Positions 36,806-50,299 of a stretch of DNA of 64,000 nucleotides are shown here, piece by piece; position 1 is the stretch's first letter; the number at the start of each line of letters is the position of its first letter. Position numbers and translations under genes: made by a program. The notes below the pieces were generated by a model, which saw only the letters and a program-made list of their open reading frames with translations, had not been told where the DNA came from and ran no database searches. Source of the DNA: Carcharhinus amblyrhynchos. Its lineage: Eukaryota. Where the stretch lies: positions 95,790,001 through 95,854,000 of the forward strand of contig OZ336874.1 in assembly GCA_965287045.1 (NCBI GenBank), written 5' to 3'.

Positions 36806-38389
36806 TTAGATTAGAATCGGTATCATTTGAGAGAGGGTTTTAATGCAAAATATGGGTGAAATCTTACCAAAATATGACAGAGTTTTGTTTCTGGTGAGAA
36901 AACTGACATGTTTCTCTCCAGAGAAACTGATCACAATGGCATGGTTTGAAGATATGGCAGAAGGTCAAGATACAGCAAGTGCGGGAAGGGGTTTAATAAT
37001 ATTGAAATGAATGGAAATCCATGTCAATCAGTGGGCATGAAGCTGATGACTTCGCTGGCAAGGGACATGGAAGGTCCAAAATTCTACTCTCGCTGGTGAG
37101 AACTGTGATTCCAAATCTTGATCCCCCGCTGACATTAACACAGACAGCGAGCGCAGGCTCAAGATTTCACCATGTGTCTGAAACCTGTATCTGTAAAAAA
37201 ATGCAACTTCATTTTATACAAAAATCCACAATGGTTTTCAATAAAAGTACCTCGGCAAAAAAGAAAGGAGGCAATTTAAAGCACTGATTGATCAGTTTTG
37301 ATGCAGCCAAATTTTTCCTTTAACAACACACTTCATTTGCTTTCAATAGCTGTTCACGATTGAAAATCAATGAACAACTCCAAATTTAAATACATCGTCT
37401 TTAATGGGAAATGTACTGTAATTCACTTCTCTGCACTTTCAATTTTAATTCTGAATATGGAACAGACATGCTCATTCATTTATGAAGAATTTGCATCAAA
37501 TTAGCATTCAAGTGCTCATGAACACTTTGCGATGTCCTGAGGACATTATAAATCACTTGTTAACGTGAGTTCCTTCTATTGAATCTCAGAATATCTCCAG
37601 CTAAATTATTTTTAAAGAAGTTTTTTTGAATAAATGCAAATAATCGCTGGATTTTAAAACTTGTGCAAAATTTGTTCGCCCGAGTTTCACAACTCAGAGC
37701 CAAAGTTCTCCAAGTTTCGTGAACCACAATAAAGAAAAGTAGTAAGTACCAATCTGACTTGTTACTGTCGATTGGCTGTAATGTCACCCTTTGCTTCCAC
37801 AAGCATGATGTTTTTATGTAATTGAAGTCCAGGGTAGATTATGTGTTCAAGTCCTAGAGTGGGGTTTGAACTCCTCACGGGGAGCTAAAAGATAGAAATA
37901 ACTTACAAAATTGAAAGGTAAACTTTAAATTTGATTTCAACTGAGTTATAGCAGAAACAATACAATTAGCCCCACTATCTTGGCAAGGGAAGAAAATATA
38001 GCCAGGGTTTGCATGCTTGATCAATATTCAATTACCACCTATAGGAAGTGTACATGTTGATGTCAGGTGAGGACGTGGTTGATAGGAGTTCTCCACACAA
38101 ACACACACACACTCACTCACTTGCTCTATCTTTCTCACACATCCATTGACTAGACTCACGGTGGCAAGAAGGGCTGTTTGGACAAGATACTGAAAGTCTA
38201 TGTTTGGGATTCTCTGGCCCTGCCATGGTGGACCTGCTGCAGGGGATGCCATAGACCAGCCTAAAGTCTTTTGACTTTCAGCAAGATCAAACGATCCCAG
38301 TGGCAGGTGGGGCCAGAAAATCCTGCCCTATAGGACAGCCAATATGAGGAAGAACTTTGGAAGATAGGTAGAGAGAAAGGGGCTTTTAG

Positions 38390-39060
38390 CAAACAATGAA
38401 GATTGCAAAATACTTCAGGAGCGCATAGCCAGTTAGCAGAATTGACAGATAGATGGCAAGTCTACTTTAATGTGAATAAATGTGAGGTGATATGTTTTTG
38501 GAGATATAACAAACAACAGAAACACTAGTTGAATGAAAAGATGATAAAGAATGCAGATGAACAAGGAGGCTGAGGAATTCAAATATACAATTCCCTACAA
38601 GGCAAGTAAATGTTGTTGAAAAGGCAAATAGAATTTTGAGTTTTAGAAACACGGGTAGGGAACAAGTATAAAGAAATAATAATGAACTTGTAAATAACAT
38701 TGGTTATGCCACAGTTAAAAGGACAGTGTATAGTTACCCCCATTATAGAAAGAGCGTGAAAGCCATAGTGTACGGTAAAGGTTGACCTGGGTGATATATT
38801 ATAGAAGTGAGTCTTGAGATGCTGATACTACTCATAATGGAGCAGAGAAGCTGAAGAGGAAATTTAATATAGGTTTTTGAAATCATGAAGAGATTTTGAT
38901 TGAGTAATTGGCAAAAGACTGTTTCTTCTGGTCAGATGTTAAGTAACGAGGGGTCATCAATTTAAAGTTATGACCAGAATGAAAAGAGAGATTAGGAAAA
39001 ATATCTTTATCTGGTCATTAGAGAAAGGAATGCCCTGCCACAGGGAATAACTGAGGTATT
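38390..39060 (+). mobile_element. Old CR1 fragment
   Basis: Degenerate WQ..FNVNKCEVICFG and EQRS*RGNLI.VFEIMK motifs. Confidence 0.65.
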
Positions 39061-40437
39061 AGGGGAAAAGTAAAGAAACATTATACCTCCTGCATGAATT
39101 TCCATTCCATTGACTTCAACAGAAAGGGAGTTGTTGGGTAAGTATTATAATGGAAAGCTGATCAATAACATCCATTTTACAGCACTCACTCCCTGCCTTT
39201 AATAACTTGGCCAACTCTGTGTTGTAACCTATTATTTTTATTAACCAATGCATTACCCAAAATTCTTTCCAAATCTCAGTTGGTCCATTTTGAACTGGCA
39301 CCCACTGTATTCAGTAGGAAAGCTTTCAATAATGTGTGTTCCATGACTTTATCAGCCTGCACTGTTTAACACATTGCTAAGGGATAGTTCAATGCAAAAC
39401 TGTACAATCGGATAATCCTGTTCCTACTTTCTGGATGTCTCTGAGATTCTCTTGCTAAAGACAAAAATAACTTCCATTTCTGCAGCTCCTTATCATGGTC
39501 ACAGAATGTCCATAAACCCCTGAAGTGTAGTTCCTGCTGTTGTGTGGATAAATGTGGAAGCCAGTTTGCACATTGCAAACTCCCATAAACAACTATGATA
39601 AAGGATCAAATAACCTGTTTTTAGCACTGTGGGTTGAAGGAAGAAAATTTACCAGGGCAGCAGGAGGCAAATAGAACCATATGATCTTTCATGTCTGCCA
39701 AAGAGGCAAATGGAACCTCAGCTTAATATCTTTACCTGAAAAATACATTTTGTAATGCAGAATTCCCTCTATACTGGAGTTAAACACTGGCCGAGATAAT
39801 GTTCCTCAACTGGGGCTTAAGTCTACAACTTCTGACTCAAGAAGTGATAATGTGGACAAATGAGCTGACCTGGTACAGATTAATAGTAACCAGATGTTTC
39901 TAACACATTCAATACATTGTCAAACACTAGCTTCCCACAGACATACTGATAAGATTATTTGGGCACAAATAAACATGATATAATTGGTTATATTCCGTCT
40001 CCTTAATTCATTTAAAGTGATTAAATTGATTACACAGCAGAATAATGACAATTTAGTCCAGCTTGTGTTTTTGACTGCATCATACCATAAAACTACCCTA
40101 TTCAATAGTCAGCTTTCTGCTCTAGGCATCTAGTACTTACAGATTTGTATATTATCACACTGTCACCTTGTAACCGTGACCTTTTAAATTCTATCATGTC
40201 TTCCTGCTACTTTCTTTGCGATCTCTGAGTCAAAAGTTGGACAAATCATTTTTCCTTTCTTGAAAATGAGGTAATAATCAAAAGCTCAGGTGTCAATTTC
40301 GGTAAACACAGAGACCAAAGACTGTGGGTCTGAGGCAAAGTACCATACCAGTTACCAGAAAAGGCTCTTAAAATCAAGGAAAACAATACCAGTAATGCAC
40401 CAGTTGATTCGCCTTTTCCTCTGTATGGGAAAACAAG

Positions 40438-40760
40438 GGGGCAGCCTGATGGCACTATGGTTAGCTCTGCTGCCTCACAGTGCCAGGGACTCGGGTTCGA
40501 TTCCAGCCTTGGGTCACTGTCTATGTGGAGTTTGCACATTCTCCCCATGTCCACATGGTCTTCCTCCGGGTGCTCCGATTTCCTCCCACAGTCCAAATTA
40601 GTGCAGGTTAGGTCGATTGGCCGTGTGAAGTTGACCCTAACGTCAGGGGGACTAGCAGGGTAAATATGTGGGGTTACGGGAACAGAGCCTGTGTGGGATT
40701 GTGGTCAGTGCAGATCCAATGGACTGAATGGCCTCCTCTGCACTGTAGGGATTCTATGAA
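40438..40760 (+). mobile_element. HE1-like V-SINE, CR1-type tail
   Basis: Full head, core and gattctatga tail. Confidence 0.85.
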
Positions 40761-41862
40761 GTGGGTATCTATTTAGCATGCATAGAAAGTCAAATGTGGG
40801 AATATATAACTTTAACACTGCAAATTGCTTTGTGCTTCCTTTTATTATAACCTAGACTAGAAGAAATATGATCTCCCATTCTTTTTCTAATTAAATCTAT
40901 TATCATGGACATCACTAACAAGGCCATCTGACCAAAAGTTTAGTCACAGGAGTCCACACTATCACATTGTTCTTTGAAAAATATCTTGTTGGAAATTGTG
41001 CATTTTTCACAATTTCCATGTTTAGCATCAACTTTTTTCTCTCTTACATCCTGCACTCGATTTTGCACATTGTTAAGTAGTAATTAGACAGGCACCAGCA
41101 AAATGTGGGATACTGATGATCCTTTGGGTCAATAGCACCATTTTATGCAGCATTGACACAAAACTAGGAAGGCACAAGATTCAATTCTGACTGTGTGATC
41201 AGCTAGTTTGCTGCCAAGACAATGAGGATGTTACAATTGGCCTTTGTGCCCTCAGGAGGAGAGAGACTGTCACTTCTTCACCAATTTGTCAGTAAATATG
41301 GAATCATAATCTAAAGACCTCTTCGGGAAACTGGGTGTGCGTGAACCCTGGGTGAGAGTCCAACAAGGCTTAGACGTGATATTCCCTCTGGTTATAATCC
41401 CTCATCGTTCAGAATTGAAATTTATTCAAGAAGCTTGCCACTTGTTGGAGATAGTCAGAGCCTGCATACGCATATTATGGTACAAGACTTCACAATGAGG
41501 ACAGAAGAAAATTGGGGGAGAAGTTGAAGTACCTACGGATATACCTCTAGTACGTTCATCTGAATAGAGAAGAAAATATACAGAACCAGCCAAAGCCTCA
41601 ATATTAGTCTAGACAGATAAAAAAAAGTCTGAAGTGCAAAGTTACAAACCACAGATTAATAGTCAAGCAAAGTTTTTTTTTGGCAGCTGGAGATTTGATG
41701 ATTAATGAGGTATGATATTAAGTTTAGCAATCCCAAACATTCTTCTTCTCCATATCGCCTCTCCCCATTGTATTGAAATCAAGACTTGCATTAGTTTCTG
41801 ACTAAAATACATTCTCTCCTAGAACTCGAAAACTTCAGAATTCCTTACCTCTCCAAATCTGT

Positions 41863-42337
41863 GGGGGGGGTTGGCACCGTGGTTAGCACTGCTACCTCAC
41901 AGCCCCAGGGATCTGGGTTTGATTCCCGGCTTGGGCCACTGCCTGTGTGGAGTCTGCACGGGTTTCCTCCGAGTGTTCTGGTTTCCTCCTACAGTCCGAA
42001 AGACATGCTGGTTGGGTGCATTGGCCAAACTAAATTCTCCCTTGGTGAACAGGTCTGACTGATCACACAGTCAGCATTGAATCTAGTGCTTTCCTAGTTT
42101 TGTGTCAATGCTGCATAAGATGGTGCTATCTATCCAAAAGATCATCAGTATTCCATGTTTAGAAGGTGTCTATCTACTATTTAACAACGTGCAAAAGTGA
42201 ATGCAGGATATAAAAGGAGAAACAAGTTAGTTCTAAGCATGACTTGTGAAAGATACCAAAGGGAGTATGGCGATTAGGGGATTTTCACAGTAAATTCATT
42301 ACAGTAAGTCTACTTGTGACAATAATACTTAAACTTT
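41863..42337 (+). mobile_element. HE1-like V-SINE (alternative tail), split by ~210 bp of unrelated sequence
   Basis: The body ends at gaacagg (~42053) and the tail resumes at ggagtatggcgattaggggattttcacag (~42262). Confidence 0.7.
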
Positions 42338-42984
42338 TAACTGTCTTCCTCATACGTGCCAAAGGTTTTTAGAAAAGAAGTTTGGCATCACTTTTTGTTT
42401 CATCTCATTTTTGATGTTACTCTTTTCAATCTTCATATCCTGTACTCTGGGCCTCAGCCCTGTTACCTTCATTTGCCCTTTGGAGATGGCGAAGAGCCAC
42501 CATCCTCAGAATAAATACACATTCTTGCTTTCATTTCCCTGAAGAACCCAGTCAATGACCTTTTTGAGGAGGACAGGATGGTCTTGCAATGATTAGCAGA
42601 AACGGCTTAGCTGGTTTGTTTTAAATTGGTAGAGGTGATATATCAAGGCTATTGAATACACAGCTCAGTGCAAGAACATAAAATGGAGCAAGCCAGAATT
42701 TATATTGTGTGCATCATCCATGACTTATAAAAATTGTCAAATAAAAGGCCATGATTTATCAGTGTACAGTAAGAAACAACTGAACACCAGAATTTTTATT
42801 TTATGACTATTGTTTGCTAGTTCTTTTGTTTGACCTAAACCATGAATCAATTGATCTAAGAAACACTCTGAATCAGGCTTGAATCATACACTTAGCATGG
42901 TTTAACTGGAAATAAAATTGAAAATACGGTCCAATAAAGGGGGATTATCTAATTTTTAAGCTCATAGTAACCCCATAAAAGACA

Positions 42985-43660
42985 GTTAGAAACATAGAAA
43001 ATAAAAGCAGGAGTAGGCCATTCAGCCCTTCAAGCCTGCTCTGCCATTCATTATGATCATGGCTGATGATAAAATTCAATATCCTGATATCCCCCGCCTT
43101 CCTCTCCATATCCCTTGATCCCTTTAGTCCCAAGAGCTATATCTAATTTCCTCTGGAAATCATACAATATTTTGTCCCCAACTACTTTCTGTGGTAATGA
43201 GAGTCAAACTATGACCCCTAGTTCTGGATTCCCCCATCATTGGGAAATTCTTTTTGAATCTACTCTGCCTGTTAGAATTTTATAAGTTTTTATGGGATCC
43301 CCTCTCACTCTTCTAAACTCCAATGAATACAATCCTAACCGACTTAGTGTCTCCTCATGTGACAGACCTGCCATCCCAGGAATCAGCCTGGTAAACCTTC
43401 ACTGGACTCCCTCTATAGCAAGGACATCCTTCCTCAGATAAGGACATCAGAACTGCACACAATACTCCAGATGTGGTCTCACCAATGCCCTATGCAACTG
43501 CAGTAAAACATCTCTATTCCTATACTCAAATCCTCTTGGTATGAAGGCCAACTTACCATTTACCTTCTTTACTGCCTGTTGTTTCTGCGTTCTTACTTTC
43601 AGCAACTGATGCAAGAGGACACCAGTCTCTCGCTGAGTATCTGCATCTCTCAATTTACAC
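42985..43660 (-). mobile_element. CR1 3' fragment
   Basis: Minus frame LAFIPRGFEYRNRDVLLQLHRALVRPHLEYCVQF; tail ttctatgtttct. Confidence 0.85.
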
Positions 43661-43848
43661 AATGAATCAATAATACTTTCAAGGATAAAGTTACTTTGAG
43701 AATCATTTTCTGATCATAGCTTATTCCATTTATTAATAATATTCTCTTGCAATAATTCAAAACAGTAACTTTTCATCTGAGATTTGCATTACATTACTAG
43801 AACTTTGCAGCCCTGTCAATAACTTGAGAGAATATCACAACCGCTAAC

Positions 43849-44764
43849 TGATTTGATTTGATTTGATTTATTATTTCACATGTATTAGTACACAATGAGA
43901 AGTGTTGTTTCTTGCGTACTATACAAAGAATACTGTATATAGAGGAGAGAGTGCAGAATGCAGTGTTACTGTCATAGCTAGGGTGTAGAGAAAGATCAAC
44001 TTCATGCGAGGTAGGTCCATTCAAAAGTCTGACGGCAGCAGGGGAGAAGTCTTGAGTTGGCCTCAGACTTCTGTATCTTTTTCCTGACGGAAGAAGGTGG
44101 AAGATAGTATGTCCGGAGTGCGTGGGATCCTGAATTATACTGGCTGCTATTCCGAGGCAGCAGGAAGTGCAGTGTCAATGGATGGGAGGCTGGTTTGAGT
44201 AATGAATTGGGCTTCATTCATGACCCTTTGTAGTTTCTTGTGGTCATGGACAGATTAGGAACTGTACCAAACTGGAAATAATGCTTTCTGTGGTACATCT
44301 GTAGAAGTTGGTGAAAGTTGTAGTGGACATGGCAAATTTCTTTAGTCTTCTGAGAAAATAGAGGCATTGGTGGGCTTTGCTAACTATAGTGTCAGCATGA
44401 AGGGACCAGGATAGGTTGTTGGTGATCTGGACACTAAAAACCTGAAGCTCTTGGCTATTTCTACTTTGTCCCCTTTGATGTATGCAGGGGCATGTTCACC
44501 ATGATGCTTCCTGAAGTCGATGACTATCTCCTTCATTTTGTTGACATTGAGGGAAAGAATATTGTCGTCACACCAATTCACAGATTCTCTATCACTTTGC
44601 TGTACTCCATCTTGCCATTGTTTGAAGTCCAACCCACTACGATGGTGTCATTGGCAAACTTGAAAATTGAGTTGGTGGGGAATTTGCCCAGTCACAAGTG
44701 TATAAGGAGTACAGGAAGGAGCTGAGGACACAGCCTTGTGGGGCACTGGTGTCGAGGGTGATCG
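43849..44764 (-). mobile_element. Rex1/Babar-like LINE 3' portion
   Basis: Minus strand TSAPQGCVLS, KFANDTIVVG, WCDDNILSLNVNKMKEIVIDFRK, with an (ATCAA)n tail. Confidence 0.75.
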
Positions 44765-44772
44765 CTTTCTAT

Positions 44773-45570
44773 TGTGACAATATTGTGCCTTTAAGAAATG
44801 TATTCTAGTCATGTTTCTGTGCTGCATGTGTTGACTAGTCCTTTCCAATTTATCGGAACCATATTAACTGGATCCAGAAGCTCTGTATTGTTACTGCAGC
44901 AACATAATTGATCCTAATTGAAGCAGTGTTTGTTTTTATCTGAACTAATGTAGGGCTCAATTGTTTTCTGTTTTTCCCTGGGATATTGCTTGATTAGGTT
45001 GATTTAATAAGGTCATATGACTGGGTACAACTAGGCTTTCACAGACAACTCAAGGCAGTCTGCTTTTGGGATTTTTAGAGACATGTTGCTTTCTCTGTTT
45101 GAAATGGAGACTGGAATCTGCTGAGAATTAAGCCTTTTCCTCTGAGATTCTACTGTTGGGGTGGCACTTTCTCTGGAAGTTGTTGCATGAGAATTAGAGG
45201 CAGAGATCTGCCTGGATCACTCTTTCAAAGTGTCAAAAGGCTGGAAATCAAGCACCTTTGTAATTATCTTTGGTTTCTGTTCTAACTGGTTCTAAAGAAG
45301 GGATTCATGTCCGTGGAAATTAGAACAATAGAGATACCCCGCTGTTAAGAATTATACTTTGTCATGTTTAACTTTTACCAGTTAAATACTTATGCTAATT
45401 TGTTTTATTATATGCTAACTGTGCTCTTAAATAAAGTTTGTTTAGCTAAAAGCTTCCTAGTGGGTCATTTGAATCATACCTGGAGTGAAACACCTTATGT
45501 TCACCATAATGCCAAAATCACATGTTAAGGTCTAGCCGAACTTCATAAAATACCTTGGAGTTTCTAACCA
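44773..45570 (+). mobile_element. Solo LTR (Gypsy-like), 798 bp
   Basis: Begins TG and ends CA, flanked by a 4-bp direct repeat CTAT (44769-44772, 45571-45574). Internal AATAAA at 45430-45435. Confidence 0.8.
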
Positions 45571-45684
45571 CTATGAAGTTTGTATTCGCCACGTGGCTGT
45601 AGGGTTGTTTCTGACTGTTTTGGAAAATATTTATCCTCTTTAACATTACAGCTAATCAAAGGGTTTTCTGCAAATCACTGCCTT

Positions 45685-45690
45685 TTTATT
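45685..45690 (-). terminator. Putative MRPS27 polyadenylation signal
   Basis: Plus-strand tttatt, i.e. AATAAA on the minus strand, about 260 nt after the stop codon. Confidence 0.5.
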
Positions 45691-45951
45691 TTTCAGTTCA
45701 TATATGTTAGTTTATGTTTTAAAGTGAGATTAAAGTGTTATATCCAGATGTTTCAAATTGAATTTGCTTGTGGAAAATGCATATTTCAGCTTTGCAAATA
45801 TCAAGCAGCAAGACTCAACAAATTATTTCAATTGCTTTATAATGTTAGATAAAGAATGAAAAAATACTCATGGGCTGCAACTCATAGTACAATTTAATCA
45901 GCTCAGCAGGTCAACATGGTCATTTCTACAAAAGATGGAGTATAATTAGGA

Positions 45952-46191
45952 TTAAGATGTGGCTTTTGCTGCTTGTCTGGCTTCTCTCTCTTGGCGAGCC
46001 TTCTCTCTCAACTCCTTCTCTCTCTGAATCAGGGCACTTCGCTCTTCTTCCCACTTTTCCAACCTCTTCTCGTAATTAAGGATCTCGCCAGCTTCAGCCG
46101 ATGGGAGATTCTCCTTGACAAGCTTATCTGTCAGAGTCATTAGACTTTCCGTTTCAATCTTTCCAAGAGACTCCAGCTCTGTGTAAAGTTT
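45952..46191 (-). CDS. MRPS27: Mitochondrial ribosomal protein S27 (mS27), last coding exon
   Basis: Minus-strand acceptor tctttggttccttcaatag|AAA. Encodes KLYTELESLGKIETESLMTLTDKLVKENLPSAEAGEILNYEKRLEKWEEERSALIQREKELREKARQEREARQAAKATS*, which resembles the human C-terminus (LGKIESEGLL...LVKEKL...LIQREQ...KAAKASA). Synteny with MAP1B supports the call. Confidence 0.92.
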   Translation of the reverse strand, partial: KLYTELESLGKIETESLMTLTDKLVKENLPSAEAGEILNYEKRLEKWEEERSALIQREKELREKARQEREARQAAKATS

Positions 46192-46689
46192 CTATTGAAG
46201 GAACCAAAGATATATGTTACTACCTGTATATTATATCTAGAAAGGAGTTTCCATTTCTGTACAATGAGGTGCACAGAAACATCATTAGGAACCGACAAGC
46301 GTAAGGAAATTTGTGAATGCTATGAGCCAAGCAATTTGTTCTTGGCATCAGCACCAATCTTTCTTTCTCCTGATCCCTGACAAATTAATCAAAGCAATAT
46401 TACTGAACTAAACAGAACAGTTTGTCTGCAAGAGTAAGATAAACAGGAGCATTCATTTCAAAGGAAGTAACTATGCTATTAATAAAACCAAAAATGCAGA
46501 GATCATTCAGGACCGATGAAGAGAAAAGACAGGTTACATTGTTCTGGACATTCATTTGTCACCAGAACTAAAGACTGACGGATAAAGACAATTTTAGCAA
46601 GAGTAGAAACGTGAAGAGACAAAGATGGGAATGGGAGTCAGAGAAAACTATTATATGTATCAATCAAAGAGAGAATGTGGGTGTTAAAA

Positions 46690-48960
46690 CTGTTAATGGA
46701 AAGGCATGCGTGATCCTGAGCTTTACAAATGGAAGCAGAAAGGACAAAAGCAAGGAAGTTATGGTGCACCTTCACAAAGCATTTGTTCAGCTTCAATTGG
46801 GTGCAGGAAAGATTCACGAGAATAGTTACAGGGATTACAGGCTTCAGTTGTGAGGATACATCGATGAAGCTAAAACTGTTCTCTTTAGTACTGAGAAGAG
46901 GGGAGTTTTGATGGGGTGCTCAAAATCATGAGGAATCAGGACAGATTAAATAGGGAGAAACTCTTCCCATTGGCAGAAGATTGAGAACCATCTTGCCATT
47001 TAAGGTGAGTGGCAAAAGATGCAATAATGACATGAAAAACTTTTTTTATGTAGCAAACGATTAGGATCTGGGATGCACAGTCCAAGGGTGCAGTGAAGTT
47101 AGATTCAAGCATGACTTTCAAAAGGGGATTGGATAGTTAACTAAAGCATAATAAAGTCCAGATTTATGGGAAAAAGGAAAGCTGAGTGCCTCTTGCCGAG
47201 AGCAGCTCCTTCTAACGTTAGCCATATATGATTTTATTATACATGATACAGAAGATCTTTGGTCTGAAGTGGTATTGGGAAGAATTAAATTAAAACCACT
47301 AAGAACAACAAGGAATAAGATCAAACAATGGAAAAGGCAAAAGAATGGGCAAATAGTGGCAATGGAAGAAATACTCCTTGGAATGGCCTTGTAGAGAGTG
47401 CCTCTGGATTGGAGATCCTGACCAAAGCTTGTGGAAGTTGCCAAGAACTCACTTCCTCCTGGTCTATTATCATTTTGTGTAATGGTCCTGACTCCCTTGG
47501 AACAGGTCTTGTGGCACAGTGGGTTCACCCCTGCCTCTAAGTCAGAGGAAGAGCCAAGAGTTCATTACATGGAAAACAGATTGAGCATCAACCTGAAAAT
47601 CCTTCCAAACACACACAAATGGCAGGTGCTCAGAGCAGAAGAGATGTTGTGACGGAAAGAACATTGGAGCCTAGATTCTACCATCACCATCTATGGCTTC
47701 AGGCTACAACATGCATGTAAAATTGCATGTTGTCACAGCAAATTGGATTACCTGAATGAACAGAAGTGGTTGAAGAAATTTGGTTTGTTCTCACTAGAGC
47801 AACAGAGGTTGAAGGGCGACCTGATAGAAGCCTACAAGATTATGAAAGGTATGGACAGAGTTGATAGTCAGAAGCTTTTTCCCAGGGTGGAAGAGTCAAT
47901 TACTAGGAGGCACAGGTTTAAGGTGTGGGGGGCAAGATTTAAAGGAGATGTACGAGGCAGATTTTTTTACAGTGAGTAGTGGGTGCCTGAAACTCATTGC
48001 TGGGGGAGGTAGTGGAAGCGGATACTGTAGTGACTTTTGACAAATACATGAACAGGATGGGAACAGAGGGATATGGCTCTTAGAAGGGTAGGCAGTTTCA
48101 GTTATGTCAGACAACACGGTTGGTGTAGGGCTTAGAGGACCGAAGGGCCTGTTCCTGTGCTGTAATTTTCTTTTGCTCTTAGAGAGAGAGAGAGAAAGCG
48201 TGGGATCGTGAGAAAGAGAGAGAGAGAGAGAGAGACAAGAAAGCATGTGAACCAGAAAAAGAGAAAGAGATTGCCAGATTAAACCAGAAAGGGACAGCAG
48301 AAAAAAACAGACACACATACAGAAGAATATAAAGCAAACAACAGGTCATCAGCTCAACTGGTCCATGCCAGTGTTTATACTTAACGAGTCTCCTCCCACT
48401 CCTGTGCAGGAAACCGAACAAAAAGACGCATAGATTGGAACAAGAGCATGGAAAATGGAATTCATTCTGGCAAGGAGTAAAGTTATTAACTTTCGTAAGA
48501 AAAATTTTAACAAATCCTTTTTTTGAAAAGAGACTGGGAAATGTTTATATTGACAGGGATTGGGTGTTCTATATGAAGCAATTGGTGAGGCCAAACCTGG
48601 AGAATGTTAAAAGTTTTTATCTGGTTACGCAAGAAAGGATGTACTTGTGGGAATGTAATGAAAGTTCACTATGCTGCTTCATAGAAAGAGGGGTTTGTTC
48701 TATGCGGAGATACTAAATAGACTCAGTCTATATTCCCTGGAGTTCAGAAGAATAAGAGGTAATGTAATTGAAGCATGGTAAATGCTGAGAAAATCCAGCT
48801 GGTTGGGCAATCTAGAACACAGGAATACAGTTTCAGATTAAATTAGGACAGATTAGAAGAAATATCTTCACTCTGAGGATCATGGATTCTTTGGAATCTA
48901 CTACCCCAGAACCAGTGGATCCCCAGTCATTGAGTATATTTAAGCCAAAGATATGTAGAT
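46690..48960 (+). mobile_element. Cluster of old CR1 fragments (~46690-47200, ~47755-48175, ~48530-48960)
   Basis: Degenerate CR1 C-terminal motifs, e.g. FGLFSLEQQRLKGDLIEAYKIMKGMDRVDSQKLFPRVEE. Confidence 0.7.
48180..48240 (+). repeat. (GA)n microsatellite
   Basis: agagagagag...gagagagagagagagag. Confidence 0.9.
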
Positions 48961-49187
48961 TTATGGGTACAGTAATGCTTCTATTACATGCTTTTCTGAT
49001 CAGTATGTAGTCCATCAAGTAAGAAAGCAGTGCTGGACCAAAATCCAGGGAATGAAATTGGGCAAGTGGGGCATGTTTCACTCTGGGAGTATTTAGGAAA
49101 CAGTAATCATATTATTGGGTTGTGAGTAGTTATGGAAAAAGACATAGAAAAATCAAATGTTATAATACTCCACTAGAGCATCAAGTA

Positions 49188-49513
49188 GGGCAGCACGGTG
49201 GCACAGTCAGTGGTTAGCCCTGCTGCCTCAGTGCCAGGGACCCAGGTTCAATTCAGACCTCAGGTCACAGTCTGTGTGGAGCTTGCTCTTTCTCCCTGTG
49301 TCTGCATGGCTATCCTCTGGGTGCTCCTGTTTCCTCCTACAGTCTAAAGGTGTGTGCGGGTTAGGTTGATTGGCCATGCTAAATTGCCCCTTAGTGTCAG
49401 AGAGCAGGATAAATGTGTGGTGTTATCGGAATAGGGCCTGGGTGGGATGTGGTCGGTACAGATTTAATGGGCTGAATGGCCTCCTTCAGGACTACTGGGA
49501 TTCTATGATTCTA
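49188..49513 (+). mobile_element. HE1-like V-SINE, CR1-type tail
   Basis: gggcagcacggtggcacagt...gattctatgattct. Confidence 0.85.
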
Positions 49514-49759
49514 GAGGATGGCTAATGAGGGGATAAGGGATCTGGGCTCCATTGGATTGTTATCAGAGACTGGCAGAGTAAAACAGTAAATAAGTAATAG
49601 GAGTCCCTCAAAAAGAGGAAATTGCTTGGGGACCAACTCTACACATTTCTGTAAAAGAAAAGGAAGGCCTCCAAAAATAGAGAACAATGATTGATTATCT
49701 ACGTGCAGATTAAAGAGAAACTGACAAAAGAGGGTCACAATCATAACTGAATTTAAAAA

Positions 49760-50292
49760 AAGCTTATTTATTAGTGTCACAAGTAGGCTTACATTCACAC
49801 TGCAATGAAGTTACTTTGAAAATCTCTAGTTGCCACACTCCGGTGCCTGTTCGGGTACACTGAGGAAGAATTTAGCATGGCCAATACACCTAACCAGCAT
49901 ATCTTTGGACTGTGGGAGGAAACCAGGGCACCGTGGGAGAATATGTAAACTCCACACAGACAGTGAACCAACCTGGGAATCGAATGTGGGTCCCTGGCGC
50001 TGTGAGGCAGCAGTGCTAACCACTGTGCCGGTGTCTCCCCGAGTGGCAACTGGCAATAATTGTGGCACGGTTGCACAGTGGATAGCACTGCTACCTCAGT
50101 GATGGGGACCTGGTTTTGATTCCCAGCTTGGGTCACTGTCCGTGTGGAGTCTGCATGTTCTCAGTGTCTGCATGGGTTTCCTCCCACAGACCGTAAGAGG
50201 TGCTAGTTAGGTGCATTGGCCATGCTAAATTCTCCCGAACGGGCACCTGAGTGTGACTCGGGGATTTTCACAATAACTTTATTAGTGTTAAG
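49760..50292. mobile_element. Head-to-head pair of V-SINEs (49760-50030 minus, 50062-50292 plus)
   Basis: Two alternative-tail copies in opposite orientation, about 30 bp apart, inserted in a CR1 remnant. Confidence 0.8.
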
Positions 50293-50299
50293 TAAGGGA

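Noticed and set aside
49188-49260. tRNA genes
   Set aside because: The box A/B sequences are SINE heads that run directly into the SINE core; there is no complete cloverleaf.
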